The translations under genes were made by a program, and so were the position numbers. A stretch of DNA of 64,000 nt, from IMG/VR virus record IMGVR_UViG_3300021142_000004. One strand, written 5' to 3'. This document shows, piece by piece, positions 19,201-29,407 of this stretch; within the stretch, counting starts at the first letter, position 1, and each line of letters opens with the position of its first letter. This DNA comes from a virus. The notes beneath the pieces were generated by a model. It was not told where the DNA came from, did not search any database, and saw only the letters and a list, made by a program, of their open reading frames with translations.

Positions 19201-20608
19201 TTAATTGTTCAGGTGCACCTAAAAATTTTAAAAAGAAATTTAACGATGATTTTGTACCTTTTGATTTATAAATGTGTGCTAAATTAATTAATAGTCTCCT
19301 ATAAAATTCATATTCCGCCTCAATAAATGTTTTACCTTCTGGTACACCACTATATTGATTAGTACTTCTTGTATATAATGTTTGATCTATTGTGTTTTCA
19401 TCAAATAAATTAATGGTTTCTAAACCTAAATTATTTGCTAAATTTTTTAATAAAATATCAGGTAAGTTATTAATACCATCATAACTTACATTTCTCATAA
19501 ATGCAATGTTATCAATATATTTTTTTACACTATCAAAACTTTGTCCATATAATTGAAATACTGATGTTATTTTTTGGTCTGGTGTATCGTATTCAAATAG
19601 TTGTGGTGCAGATAAAAATCTAACCATTAAATTAGATTTATAATCATCAATCAAATCAGCGGTATCACTTAGATTTTGAACATATTGATCAAATTTTAAT
19701 CCAACAATTTGTAAATTCCAATTATCATCTGATATTGGCCAATTATATTCAACTCTTACTAATGCGGTATTTGAACTATCAAAGGTATCTTTTGGAATAT
19801 AAAATCCCGCATTATATTTTGGACTAGTGTCTTTTGTTAATAACGTACCTTCAACATCATCTAAATTATTAAAAAATTCTTCAGTGATCCCATTATTTGG
19901 CCTAAATAATAAATTTTGATTATATGTAGTTCCGGTTCCAAATGGATTACCATTAACAGTAAAAGTAATTATATTATTAACTGGTTGTACATAATTAATG
20001 ATATCATATGTTGTGCCATTAATGTCTAATACATATTTTTTATATGACGAATAAAAATTCCTTATTGGATTGTCAGTTTCAATTATAGTATTTGAATTTG
20101 GTTTTAATAAAACAATTTCAAATGGATTAAATAATTTAGAATTTTCAATTTGAAATTGTGTTGTTTTAGAATATGTGTTATAACTGATATTAAATGCAGA
20201 ATTTAACGAACCTCCAATCGGTGCATTGACATTAACCACAAAACCAGCAGGAAATTTATTGATAATTCTTGTTATTGAAACTAATAATCTACTTTTTAAA
20301 GAACCGAATAAAGATTTACCAGCATCATCTTTAGCACCTTTAAAAACAATAAGATTTTGTTTTTCTTGATCGGAAATTGTTGTTGGTGCATCTAATTCTT
20401 GTTTTAAATTATCTAATGTTAAAAAATCTGAAAATGGACTTGTTTTAAATTTTTTAGAATCTTTTTCAGGAATGACATTATCAATAGCAAAACTAGTCAT
20501 AGTCATTTGACTTGACCCGTCTGTAATTTGTACACCCACAAGATTATCTGCGAAAGTATCCGCCCCACTTGCTGCTTGACTTGGAACTTTATATCTTACT
20601 GTTGCCAT
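16286..20608 (-). CDS. Large baseplate wedge/tail protein with C-terminal SprB-like repeat
   Basis: LAHIYKSKGTKSSLNFFLKFLG (P2 gpI/T4 gp7-like motif); C-terminal GSIEITVSNGCGTYYYSW...YGLTYDDYTVYVTDLC. Confidence 0.6.
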   Translation of the reverse strand: MATVRYKVPSQAASGADTFADNLVGVQITDGSSQMTMTSFAIDNVIPEKDSKKFKTSPFSDFLTLDNLKQELDAPTTISDQEKQNLIVFKGAKDDAGKSLFGSLKSRLLVSITRIINKFPAGFVVNVNAPIGGSLNSAFNISYNTYSKTTQFQIENSKLFNPFEIVLLKPNSNTIIETDNPIRNFYSSYKKYVLDINGTTYDIINYVQPVNNIITFTVNGNPFGTGTTYNQNLLFRPNNGITEEFFNNLDDVEGTLLTKDTSPKYNAGFYIPKDTFDSSNTALVRVEYNWPISDDNWNLQIVGLKFDQYVQNLSDTADLIDDYKSNLMVRFLSAPQLFEYDTPDQKITSVFQLYGQSFDSVKKYIDNIAFMRNVSYDGINNLPDILLKNLANNLGLETINLFDENTIDQTLYTRSTNQYSGVPEGKTFIEAEYEFYRRLLINLAHIYKSKGTKSSLNFFLKFLGAPEQLININEYVYEVTNLPKLNDIENQIYDVIQGNKKNVILSFDPSGFTYTQTISKPSTTFVRSDYPIDETTGLPRRANNVASDIFFQKGSGWYDITTNHRTPDILDTENSILTGRTKTIKTIAAPYTYGEQYFDVFRTLPGLDSGFELTSRIDNVKGSVDDIKSSYILNRKNISIYLDSANGVNFDIYRKSRDLLLTFGSNTLYPQTGVTFAEFAGRLLSEQIPNSNVIRYKKNYITLEDVYQSYISSTGFTPYNITDVHEFINKMSPYWASIIDQMIPSTTLWTGGNLIQNSVFGRSKYGYRLGCQPKTIIENLYPDFSTILTDDLLDLIGYEENFRGLIDISRIKLYPVIEIDGIPYSSTTYSVNVSGNYSYLTNAKLYDTITGLTGCTILTGGTYNINNKLPLVCGYEGYLNPDIAQIKNLWVQALSGLIDNVINTIHTGYTAGYENYAPYTATTGQSATLTTDPLLNYSFFTDVDGIQKIKFSSLKYGPNSCTIMKSFSFTIKTEYDPFTPICLYNVVPEVVNPTYTGGTTTRDIILHNVNPVGIIKSNPTNGIRIFIYSGSSPTLFNTYSGNTWQYVDPCTEKITGFTSTSIGDFLFLDGANCQVKMKFTQQEVSSSSNVNITFKSEDTSTPNPDLCVIDTKTATTISTYSSVTLNVVYEQPTNFGLKWDTMLRTYTGSSYVETPIYQLKTGNTIAVAEYIPNSQIVSQSISNSLSGGTNIISGVAFTTKNVVVTSITPMASIKKYSITGFSHDLYQYGGNFVFEVLPTTKLRVYTRYSVDNHEPTLTDSYFFDSRYPEDLQITSSQITPCCNYPNNYYVNGDRLIGLSGELIDVIDVSVDYCNPNMYYNITYSGQNTDLHVFNGTSSKHILTETTYCSGSPILVSGNVTDEVCDEDTNIISYGSIEITVSNGCGTYYYSWYDSYGNLISNNQNVYGLTYDDYTVYVTDLCNATSGPITFTVGPGNYCAQ

Positions 20609-21528
20609 TATATATTTGTAATAGTATCAAAGTTTAGTGTTTCATCAATATCTGTTCTTTCTTCTCTAACCTCAAATAACGTATCATTAAATGTATCTTT
20701 AATTTCATAAAGGTTATATTGTTTGTAGATATTATTGTCCTTATCATATATTGTGTATATACCCGGAGTAACCGCTTTAGTTTGATTACCATAAAGAGCA
20801 TAAGCCAATGTATTTGTATCGTATTCAACCATTTCAACCTCCAAAGTTGTTGGGTTAACATATGTATTTGTTAATATAATTTTCTGAGATGGTTGTCCAA
20901 TAAATGGTACTGTATTTGGTTTATTAGATGGGGCAGATGATGGTGTTATTGTTAAAAACATTAAGTTTGTTGCATTTTCACTATATTGATATCTAATCGC
21001 CTTTTGTGTTGTATTAGTTAAATTTGATGTAATTGGTGTACAATAAAAAGAAGATGTTACAATCTTATAAAAATTGGGTGTTTTCTGATTTGTATTTGTA
21101 TCAATATATTCCACTCTATACCCAACTAATCCTTGTGGTGTGAATTTATTCATATCGGCAGTGGGTACAGTACTTAAATCAATAACCAAACCCCTAACAG
21201 AAGGTAATGATGCCAATATACCACAATCTGTAATTGTTGTTCTTATTTGTTTTGGTCTAATATGTATTGTATATATACCTAATTCATTAAAATCAGAAGA
21301 ATTTAATTTTAAATTATATAAACCACCTAATATTTCAACATTTGGTGCATTTACGTCATCCGTGGTATCTGAATTATGATACACAGGAGTTAAAATGTCT
21401 GTTGACGTTAATTTTTTTAACGTAACCGCAGAAGTTGTTAATCTATCCGCAGTATAATGATAAAAAATATCCACATCTGCCGGTGAAACATCACTTGGTC
21501 TTATAATCCCGTAGCTACCTATCGCCAT
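20608..21528 (-). CDS. Virion structural protein (baseplate region)
   Basis: 306-aa ORF with a 1-nt stop/start overlap with the downstream gene; TATTTAT upstream. Confidence 0.55.
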   Translation of the reverse strand: MAIGSYGIIRPSDVSPADVDIFYHYTADRLTTSAVTLKKLTSTDILTPVYHNSDTTDDVNAPNVEILGGLYNLKLNSSDFNELGIYTIHIRPKQIRTTITDCGILASLPSVRGLVIDLSTVPTADMNKFTPQGLVGYRVEYIDTNTNQKTPNFYKIVTSSFYCTPITSNLTNTTQKAIRYQYSENATNLMFLTITPSSAPSNKPNTVPFIGQPSQKIILTNTYVNPTTLEVEMVEYDTNTLAYALYGNQTKAVTPGIYTIYDKDNNIYKQYNLYEIKDTFNDTLFEVREERTDIDETLNFDTITNI

Positions 21529-21577
21529 CCTATTTATTTTTTAATTAATTTATTTGTCTCTTTTATAAATATAAAAT

Positions 21578-22498
21578 TTATTGTTTTTGAATATTAAAAA
21601 ATCCATCCCCGTATATTTCTAACTCTCCTGTATTTTCTATTTCACCCAATCTTAAATTATTTTCCATTATACTTAATTTACCTCTTTCCACGAATATGTC
21701 AGAATAAACAATTGGATCATCAATAAACCCTATAAAATGTTCATTTCTTGTTAACATTTGATTAAACACTTCTTCTTTTTGAAAATTATTTGTATTTCCA
21801 GTAATTGATGTAATCCCATCCGCATAATCAGTATAAAATAAATTATCAATTGTATATGAACTATAAACAACACCATCCGTAGTTATTCCACCTGTTACTC
21901 CTGAATATGTATCAGATCCATATAATTTCAATTCACTAATCCTACTTCTACCTAATGCTGCAAATGAAAATGTAGTATATCCTGTGTTATTTGTATAGTC
22001 TAAATCATTAATATAATCTTGTGTTTGACCTGTTATATCTGTATATGGAATTGTAAAACCACTAAATGTACCTAATGGATTTACAATAGTTAAATTTAGT
22101 GGTACATTTATATTTTTACTTAATGTTTGTGAATTCCAAGGAGAATTTAATAAAATAGATAAAGTATATCCAGAAGGTATACTATATGTATGGGTTAATG
22201 TTGGAAGATTTTCACCAATATTTTGACTAACAGTAATACCAGATATATTACCATCTCCCCAATCAATTGTAAATTCTTGAGTTACAATCGTTCTTAATTG
22301 TGTTGAATCAACAGTATTATAAACTTGAATAGTATTACCAGTTTGTGTGTAAGAAAAATTACATAATTGTTCTACCTGCGTTAAATTCCCATCAAACCCA
22401 ACCATGACACCCATTTCATCCACAGTTGATTCTAAAAATATGGGTATTTGATACGATGTTGACCCTGTAACATATAATAATTGATAACTATTTTCCAT
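21578..22498 (-). CDS. Virion protein with PKD-like domain
   Basis: FTIDWGDG...LTHTY...YTLSI PKD pattern. Confidence 0.55.
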   Translation of the reverse strand: MENSYQLLYVTGSTSYQIPIFLESTVDEMGVMVGFDGNLTQVEQLCNFSYTQTGNTIQVYNTVDSTQLRTIVTQEFTIDWGDGNISGITVSQNIGENLPTLTHTYSIPSGYTLSILLNSPWNSQTLSKNINVPLNLTIVNPLGTFSGFTIPYTDITGQTQDYINDLDYTNNTGYTTFSFAALGRSRISELKLYGSDTYSGVTGGITTDGVVYSSYTIDNLFYTDYADGITSITGNTNNFQKEEVFNQMLTRNEHFIGFIDDPIVYSDIFVERGKLSIMENNLRLGEIENTGELEIYGDGFFNIQKQ

Positions 22499-23295
22499 TA
22501 TTGTCTTTTTTCATAAAATATTATTGGATCTCCAGATTCACCTATTCTAGAACCAACATTAACTCCATCAAATCTAAAAACTTGATAAGAATAATCTGTT
22601 CTATCTATCACAACTTTATAATACATATCACTACTTTCATTAACTTCTTGTACTGAAGTTAATCCAGTAGTTGTAAAATCTGCAATTGTACCATCTTTTG
22701 CATTAAAGAATTTACCAGTCATCCAAAATGTGTCTCCAGTTAATGTTGTTGGTACAATTGCACTATCATCTTGAAACCAAAATAAATACATATTTTCTTT
22801 ATTTCTATAATTATTACCTGTAAATACAGGTAAATATATATACTCATTTAACGGACCATAAAAATACTTTTCACCATTTGGTAATAATAAATTTCTTGTC
22901 ATCACTAATCTTCTATTACTTCTATCAGGAGTCGCACCACTAGGTGTTTTATAAAATTCTAACCTAAAAAAACTTTTAGTTGAATCTTTTAACATTAAAG
23001 CATTTTCTTGTGTTGTTATACCAATAAGACTGTAATCTAAACCATTCGTATATGTTGAACCACTATCTAAAAAATAAAAATAAAACCAAATATCTGTTTG
23101 ATTTATATTGTTTGTTGATGTGTATGGTTTATGGATATATCTAAATGTTTCAAAATTATTTATCGGGTTAATAACGCTATTTAACACCTCAATTTCAAAA
23201 TCAACTAAATTCTCCTCCCAACCTGCGTCAGTTTTAAAATTTTGTTCTGTGTTTAATATTACACTTATGTCATTTTTTGATTTTAAAAGTTCCAT
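22498..23295 (-). CDS. Virion structural protein (hypothetical)
   Basis: Coupled ORF in the structural operon. Confidence 0.55.
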   Translation of the reverse strand: MELLKSKNDISVILNTEQNFKTDAGWEENLVDFEIEVLNSVINPINNFETFRYIHKPYTSTNNINQTDIWFYFYFLDSGSTYTNGLDYSLIGITTQENALMLKDSTKSFFRLEFYKTPSGATPDRSNRRLVMTRNLLLPNGEKYFYGPLNEYIYLPVFTGNNYRNKENMYLFWFQDDSAIVPTTLTGDTFWMTGKFFNAKDGTIADFTTTGLTSVQEVNESSDMYYKVVIDRTDYSYQVFRFDGVNVGSRIGESGDPIIFYEKRQ

Positions 23296-25097
23296 TAGCA
23301 GATTATATTATTATTGTTATTGTTATTGTTATTAAAATTATTATTATTAAAATTGTTAATACCATCTTTTTTATTTATATAATATTGTTCATTTCTTAAA
23401 TAAAAATTTATATCTATTTTAACGGCATGACAATTATTTAAAAACGGAAAATCAGTTCCATTACCATCAATATCTACATAACCATGATCATACAAATCTC
23501 TCCATTTCCAAATACCTTCATTAACAAAGTATTTGGAATTTTCAGGTAAACCATAAATTTGATTAGTATCCGAAGTTTCAATATATGGTGATTGTTGTCT
23601 TAATTTAACCCTATAATGTGGTTGATAAATTAAACCAAACATATTATCAGGTGTTGCCCCTGAAAAACCTGATGTATCACCAGTTTGTCCATAATAAAAA
23701 ATATTAGGAGGATTACTTATTTGATGAAATGACTCCGATATTATTCTTTCTTTTAATTCATTAACATTATATTCAACAAATGCACCTGTTAATAATGTAC
23801 CAATAGGTAATGTTTCTCCACTAATAAAAGTATAACCTGATGCAGAGGGTGTATTACCTGTAAATGTAACACCACTAATTGAAGTTTCTAAAGATGTGTT
23901 TCCACTAAATTGTTGATCTATGTATGTATCATGGAAATTAAATTTATAACCTACTTTAGGTGGATAGTTAAAAAATCCGTTTCCATTTCTAAAAATACTT
24001 GTAACATACACATCAGTAGGTGTATAACCCAAATTATTTGTTATACCAGTTAAAGTAAATGGTGTCGTAAAATCAAATAGAACCGATTCCATTCTATTTT
24101 TTTCAACTAAAAAATCATACGTACCGTCAACATTTTGAAATAGTAATTTTTTTTCATCTCTAAAAATTGGTGATTCAAAACCAACTTTATCCATTAACAT
24201 ATCATTAATACCTGTTAATGTTTTATGTTTATGTACATAATATTGTGATGTGGTACCACTAATATCATTAATATCTAAACATCTTTTACCAAATATAACT
24301 GATGATAAAGTAGTTCCACTAGGAAATTGACTATTTTGAATTATAATGACATATTTTTCAGAATTATATGTTTCATTACCAACGGTGTCAATATAAAAGG
24401 TTTTTCCACTTATTGGTACTGAATCATTAAAACTACCACCAGATATAATAAGATATTCACCAGAGCTGATTCCATGTTCAATTGGTGATGTAAGTGTATA
24501 ATAGGTGGAACCTGTTGTAACTCTAAATGGGATACCATCTTGTGCGGTAAAACTATAATTTGTTCCACCACTTAATGTATAATTCATTTTAAAATTTGGA
24601 TCACCTGAATAAATATAACTTAAATATAAATTCCAATTTTGATACGGTGCCGTTATTGGTGTTATAACAGTATGTCCTGTATATCCTGATAATTGAATAT
24701 CTGGCGTAAATGTACCCAATGTATTTCCACTTACAGGATTATTAACTTCTCTTAAAACATCATTTCTTAAAAATGCAAATTCATTATATGGAATATAACC
24801 ATGTGTATAATCATAATCAGAACCATCACCGTTTAAATATAAATTTCTAACAAGAGGATAATATTGTGTTTCACCTGAATATAAATTCCTAAAAATAATT
24901 TTTATTTTACCATAGACTTTATAATTATAACAATTATTTCTTTCTTGTTCAAATAAATCACTTAAATTTAATGATATATCCATATCACCTTCTCTAAGTA
25001 AAACTTCTTCTTTTTCAAGATCTAATCTTAAATCAATGTCTTGTTCATCCGCCTTAAAATACCTTTTTGTAGGTAATAATATTCTTTTATTTTCCAT
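23295..25097 (-). CDS. Virion structural protein (hypothetical) with poly-Asn C-terminus
   Basis: 600-aa coupled ORF with an AAT-repeat tail. Confidence 0.55.
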   Translation of the reverse strand: MENKRILLPTKRYFKADEQDIDLRLDLEKEEVLLREGDMDISLNLSDLFEQERNNCYNYKVYGKIKIIFRNLYSGETQYYPLVRNLYLNGDGSDYDYTHGYIPYNEFAFLRNDVLREVNNPVSGNTLGTFTPDIQLSGYTGHTVITPITAPYQNWNLYLSYIYSGDPNFKMNYTLSGGTNYSFTAQDGIPFRVTTGSTYYTLTSPIEHGISSGEYLIISGGSFNDSVPISGKTFYIDTVGNETYNSEKYVIIIQNSQFPSGTTLSSVIFGKRCLDINDISGTTSQYYVHKHKTLTGINDMLMDKVGFESPIFRDEKKLLFQNVDGTYDFLVEKNRMESVLFDFTTPFTLTGITNNLGYTPTDVYVTSIFRNGNGFFNYPPKVGYKFNFHDTYIDQQFSGNTSLETSISGVTFTGNTPSASGYTFISGETLPIGTLLTGAFVEYNVNELKERIISESFHQISNPPNIFYYGQTGDTSGFSGATPDNMFGLIYQPHYRVKLRQQSPYIETSDTNQIYGLPENSKYFVNEGIWKWRDLYDHGYVDIDGNGTDFPFLNNCHAVKIDINFYLRNEQYYINKKDGINNFNNNNFNNNNNNNNNIIC

Positions 25098-28000
25098 TAG
25101 TTAACAGGTGTAAATGCATTTTTAGGACCGAATCTTTCAATTAATTTATCAACGCCAGTATTACCAGGTCTTAAACCAAAATAAAACATAAATGGTGTGG
25201 ATAAAATTTGTTTAGTAGTATTATATGGGTCTTTTGTTGGATATATACTTAAATCCGTACTATAATCGTTTCCATTATGATAAATAATCGGATCAGTCCA
25301 TGAACCTCCATCACCATTTCTAATATAAACATAACCATCAGTAGGATCTGTTACCGTACCACTATATGCAATTAATAATTTAAAATTTAATGGTGTTTCT
25401 TCATATAAATTAAGAGTATCACTAACACTTACAAAAGTAGGATCTACATTACCACTCATAACAACTATATCAAATTCTTCGGCCAAATTTAACGTTATAC
25501 CTGTTATTGTTTGACCAGAATAATCATAACTTATTGGTGGTAAAAGATATGCATCATTTGGATTTGTTGTTATACCAGTAAAACGATAACCATATGTCAT
25601 ACCTTGTAAATTTTGTACTTGTATATTTCCATAATCAAAAACTTGATATCCATTTCTACCGAACCCATATCCACCTTTATCCCATAAATAAAATGGTACA
25701 GGTTGAGATGATTCTGTTAAATGACCAGGTGCGTTTAAACATTCTCTAATTCTTATTCCATCCTTTTCATATTGTAACGTTATTGGTACTGGTCCATATG
25801 TACCATTTCCTGCAGCATAAAACGGAGAAGGATTATCAATAGGGTCTAAATAACCCATATCATATTCAACATAATGTGCAAGATTCAAATCAAATCCTTC
25901 AATACCAGCTTCACTATTGATTGATATAAGTTGAAGTAAATCCGGTTCAAAAACAGATATATTTGGTAAATAATTATTAATTATTCCATTTGTGAAAAAA
26001 TTCTTAACTGTTGATAATCCAGTCGCATCAGTTGTTGTATCCATCTTATAATTTATTGCAAATGCAACTAGTTCACCAAAACTTTTAAATGATGTTGGTC
26101 CTATTGAACGAGCAACTGAACAATTTGGATCTAACGATGGGTCAGTACAAATTTCTCTAACAAATTCATCTCTTGGACCTAAATCAACAAATGTCGTTGG
26201 ATGTGCAAGTATTTTAATATTATTCGTAGACTCAATACCCCAAGTTCCATTATTATAATATGTTGATCTATAGTACATAACACCTTGTCCTAAATTATTT
26301 TGATTTGGTATATATGTAATTAAATCATGACAAGCTTTAACCCTAGTATTATTACTTTTAAATTTTGCTTTAAATTGTGGAAAATATAACGAACCAGATA
26401 ACCAATTATCCATAAATGAATAATTAACAATACCACCACAAAAAGATATACCAACAACTTTTCTTCTAAACCATTCTCTTAATGCATTCAAATTTTTACC
26501 AGATATTCCCGCTAAAGATGGAACTATCGTAAAAACACCGGATCTAAATTCCGAATAACCTGTTTTAGTTTTTCTATTATAATATTTTGTTCCGATTTCA
26601 CTAAAATTATAATAACTTGGTAATCTAGGTTGTCCACCAATAGACCAAACTTCACCAGCAATGTAATATTCTGGACTTGGTCTATCTATTAATAAATTAG
26701 TTGGTGTTGTTATTGATTTTTCTATTATGCCAGGTGTGTTTGTACTAATACCACTTAAAGGATAATTTTTATTACCATTGCTATATGGTAAAGTAGGAGA
26801 TCCATATGTTGTTGTTTGTCCATCAAACCATAATACTTCATCGGCTATAGATTTATCATATAATCTATTATATATGTTACAACTTTCCAATATTGTAGAA
26901 CCTGTATATTGTTTATTTGTTTTTTTAAACATTCTATCTTCAATATAACCATATGTTGTTCCACTTATTATTGTTCCATTATTAGGTGAATCACCATTAA
27001 ATGTTATACCAAATAAATTTAACATATCATTTTTACTAATTATCATATATGGTGTACCATCAGGATAAATAGTTGTTAAAGGGACATTATTGATGGCAAC
27101 TTCAGTTAATATAGTAACATTACCTTTATAAAAACCAAATATTGAACCACTTGGGTAACCATTTTGTTCAACAAGATAAATTTGATTTGTTTGATTTGTA
27201 TTTGGATCCATACCACCTATAGGACCTTTATTATTAAGATAATATGAAACTTCATTAATTGGTGATCCTGATGGAGAAAGACCTAAATCAATAAAAAATC
27301 TTGGGAAAACTTCACCATTATCCGGGTCGGTAAACTCTTCAGCACTTCCTAAATATGTGTAACCACTTTGTGAAATTTGATATGAACCATTATTTACACA
27401 ACCGGATGCAGTGTAACTAGAATAAACACAATAATCTCTTGCGTTTGTATTAGTTAAAATATTGGAAGTATTACCACTAATATCTTCATTTAAACTAGTC
27501 GTACCTGTACTTAAAAACAAATACATATAATCAGTATCATTATTTCTAAAAGTACTAATACTATTTCCTATAATGTAATTAGATGTATTAGGTACCCAAG
27601 TTTGTAAAATATCAAATTTTAATTCACCTATTTTTGCATAAACACCCGTATTAAATCCTGTGGTATATGACGTATCATCATCTGAACATAATTCACAATC
27701 ATCATAAATTGTTAATGGTAAAACTTTTTGTCCAGCAACACATACATTAAAGGCTGCATTTATAAATTTTTCACCAATTGCGGCAAATGGTCTCCAATTA
27801 AATGGCCAACCAAAATATATTCCATATAATCCCTTTCCGACATCATATAAAAATGTACCAACAAATTCAAAAACAACTAATTTTATAACAGCAAAAACAA
27901 ATGTTATAAATGCAACTAATGTACCTATTAAAATATTAAAATTTAATCCACTATGTTTTGTTGCAAAATTTGTTGGTAATGTGTTAACACTACTTATACA

Positions 28001-29407
28001 ATCTTTTTCTTCGGATGGTACAATATCTTTTATACCGACATACTTATTACTATTATTTGTAATATCACCAGGTAATCTACTGTGGAATGAAGAAACTGTA
28101 TAAACTTTATTATATGTAAATCTATAAAAATAATCTTGGGGATAATAAAACCCTTCATAATTATTTAATATTAAAGAAATCCCATTTGAAGGATATCCTG
28201 AATAGTCTGTTGTCCATGCATATGAATTTAAATCAATACCATTTTCATCATTAAATTCTCTAATATTTGGTACTAAAAAACTTGCTCTTGCCCTAACTCT
28301 AGCCAATCCTTCATCTTTTAATGTGAACCTAAAACGATAACAAGATGAGGTTGGTATACCTTTATTTGGATCATTGGTATATTCATTTTCACCAAATTCA
28401 TTCGTATATAAATAATCCATATTCATCTCAATACTAAATGCAAAAGCACCGTCATCTCCAATGTCTTCATTTAAAATAACTTCTTCTAAATATGGTCTAT
28501 TTAATTCATCTTTTTCCGTTGTAAAACGTATTGCTTCAATTTTACCTTTAGTTGTAGATAAAGTACATTTTCTACCCATTTCTTTTGTGGGCATACAATT
28601 TTTATTTACTGAATGTTTCCCTGTATCAGTAAATGTTCCCCCAATTATTAAAGCCATCGGTTTAATTCTTATACCAATAGAGGATAAATCAAAATCAGTT
28701 CTTGTTATACCAATTCGACATATATCTTGATTTCCCCAAAATGGTGAAACTTGTATTGTTTTATTATATTTAAAAATTTGAGGAAGTGAATCTAAATCTT
28801 CAGATGATTTAAATTGATATGTGTTTTTGAATTGATCGACACCTTTACCTTGTCTAATGAAATCATCGGGTCTTAATGAAAAACAACCAATATCAGATAA
28901 ATCCCCATCAAAATGTATTGTTTGTTGACCTAATGGTACTCCCCATATCATAAAATCACCAGCATCATTTGTTTTAACTGTATATTTATAATATTTTTCA
29001 AATACTTCCAAATATTCTTCACGAGTTAAAATATCTTCTTGATCCGGAAATGTTCCTGTTGGTTCATGTCCTCCATGTTGTTTTCTTGAGGGTAATAGAT
29101 TATAACGATAATTATTATCGTCTTTATCTTCTACTGTGGTATAAGGGTATAAAACTGAAATTACGGGATCATTAACATCCACATCATCTAATGGTACAAA
29201 TATTGAAACTCTTATATTTGGTACACCAAATCCATTGTTTGCAGTTACTCTACCAACAACAACACCATAATCACTACAAAATGATCTATATACGTCTGTT
29301 TGACTAATTTTTAGGGAAAGTATTTCTAATAAGTCATAAGAATTTTCCAAATTTATAGTTAAAAACTGATCTTTACCAATATTAGTTGATATTCTATACT
29401 TATTCAT
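25097..29407 (-). CDS. Large virion/baseplate protein with carboxypeptidase-regulatory-like N-domain and an internal hydrophobic segment
   Basis: GVVVGRV...GVPNIRVSIF...TVKTNDAGDFMIWGVPLG; hydrophobic stretch around aa 490-530. Confidence 0.55.
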   Translation of the reverse strand: MNKYRISTNIGKDQFLTINLENSYDLLEILSLKISQTDVYRSFCSDYGVVVGRVTANNGFGVPNIRVSIFVPLDDVDVNDPVISVLYPYTTVEDKDDNNYRYNLLPSRKQHGGHEPTGTFPDQEDILTREEYLEVFEKYYKYTVKTNDAGDFMIWGVPLGQQTIHFDGDLSDIGCFSLRPDDFIRQGKGVDQFKNTYQFKSSEDLDSLPQIFKYNKTIQVSPFWGNQDICRIGITRTDFDLSSIGIRIKPMALIIGGTFTDTGKHSVNKNCMPTKEMGRKCTLSTTKGKIEAIRFTTEKDELNRPYLEEVILNEDIGDDGAFAFSIEMNMDYLYTNEFGENEYTNDPNKGIPTSSCYRFRFTLKDEGLARVRARASFLVPNIREFNDENGIDLNSYAWTTDYSGYPSNGISLILNNYEGFYYPQDYFYRFTYNKVYTVSSFHSRLPGDITNNSNKYVGIKDIVPSEEKDCISSVNTLPTNFATKHSGLNFNILIGTLVAFITFVFAVIKLVVFEFVGTFLYDVGKGLYGIYFGWPFNWRPFAAIGEKFINAAFNVCVAGQKVLPLTIYDDCELCSDDDTSYTTGFNTGVYAKIGELKFDILQTWVPNTSNYIIGNSISTFRNNDTDYMYLFLSTGTTSLNEDISGNTSNILTNTNARDYCVYSSYTASGCVNNGSYQISQSGYTYLGSAEEFTDPDNGEVFPRFFIDLGLSPSGSPINEVSYYLNNKGPIGGMDPNTNQTNQIYLVEQNGYPSGSIFGFYKGNVTILTEVAINNVPLTTIYPDGTPYMIISKNDMLNLFGITFNGDSPNNGTIISGTTYGYIEDRMFKKTNKQYTGSTILESCNIYNRLYDKSIADEVLWFDGQTTTYGSPTLPYSNGNKNYPLSGISTNTPGIIEKSITTPTNLLIDRPSPEYYIAGEVWSIGGQPRLPSYYNFSEIGTKYYNRKTKTGYSEFRSGVFTIVPSLAGISGKNLNALREWFRRKVVGISFCGGIVNYSFMDNWLSGSLYFPQFKAKFKSNNTRVKACHDLITYIPNQNNLGQGVMYYRSTYYNNGTWGIESTNNIKILAHPTTFVDLGPRDEFVREICTDPSLDPNCSVARSIGPTSFKSFGELVAFAINYKMDTTTDATGLSTVKNFFTNGIINNYLPNISVFEPDLLQLISINSEAGIEGFDLNLAHYVEYDMGYLDPIDNPSPFYAAGNGTYGPVPITLQYEKDGIRIRECLNAPGHLTESSQPVPFYLWDKGGYGFGRNGYQVFDYGNIQVQNLQGMTYGYRFTGITTNPNDAYLLPPISYDYSGQTITGITLNLAEEFDIVVMSGNVDPTFVSVSDTLNLYEETPLNFKLLIAYSGTVTDPTDGYVYIRNGDGGSWTDPIIYHNGNDYSTDLSIYPTKDPYNTTKQILSTPFMFYFGLRPGNTGVDKLIERFGPKNAFTPVN

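Noticed and set aside
23303-23358. AAT/ATT microsatellite
   Set aside because: Encodes a poly-Asn C-terminal tail; ordinary slippage in AT-rich DNA.
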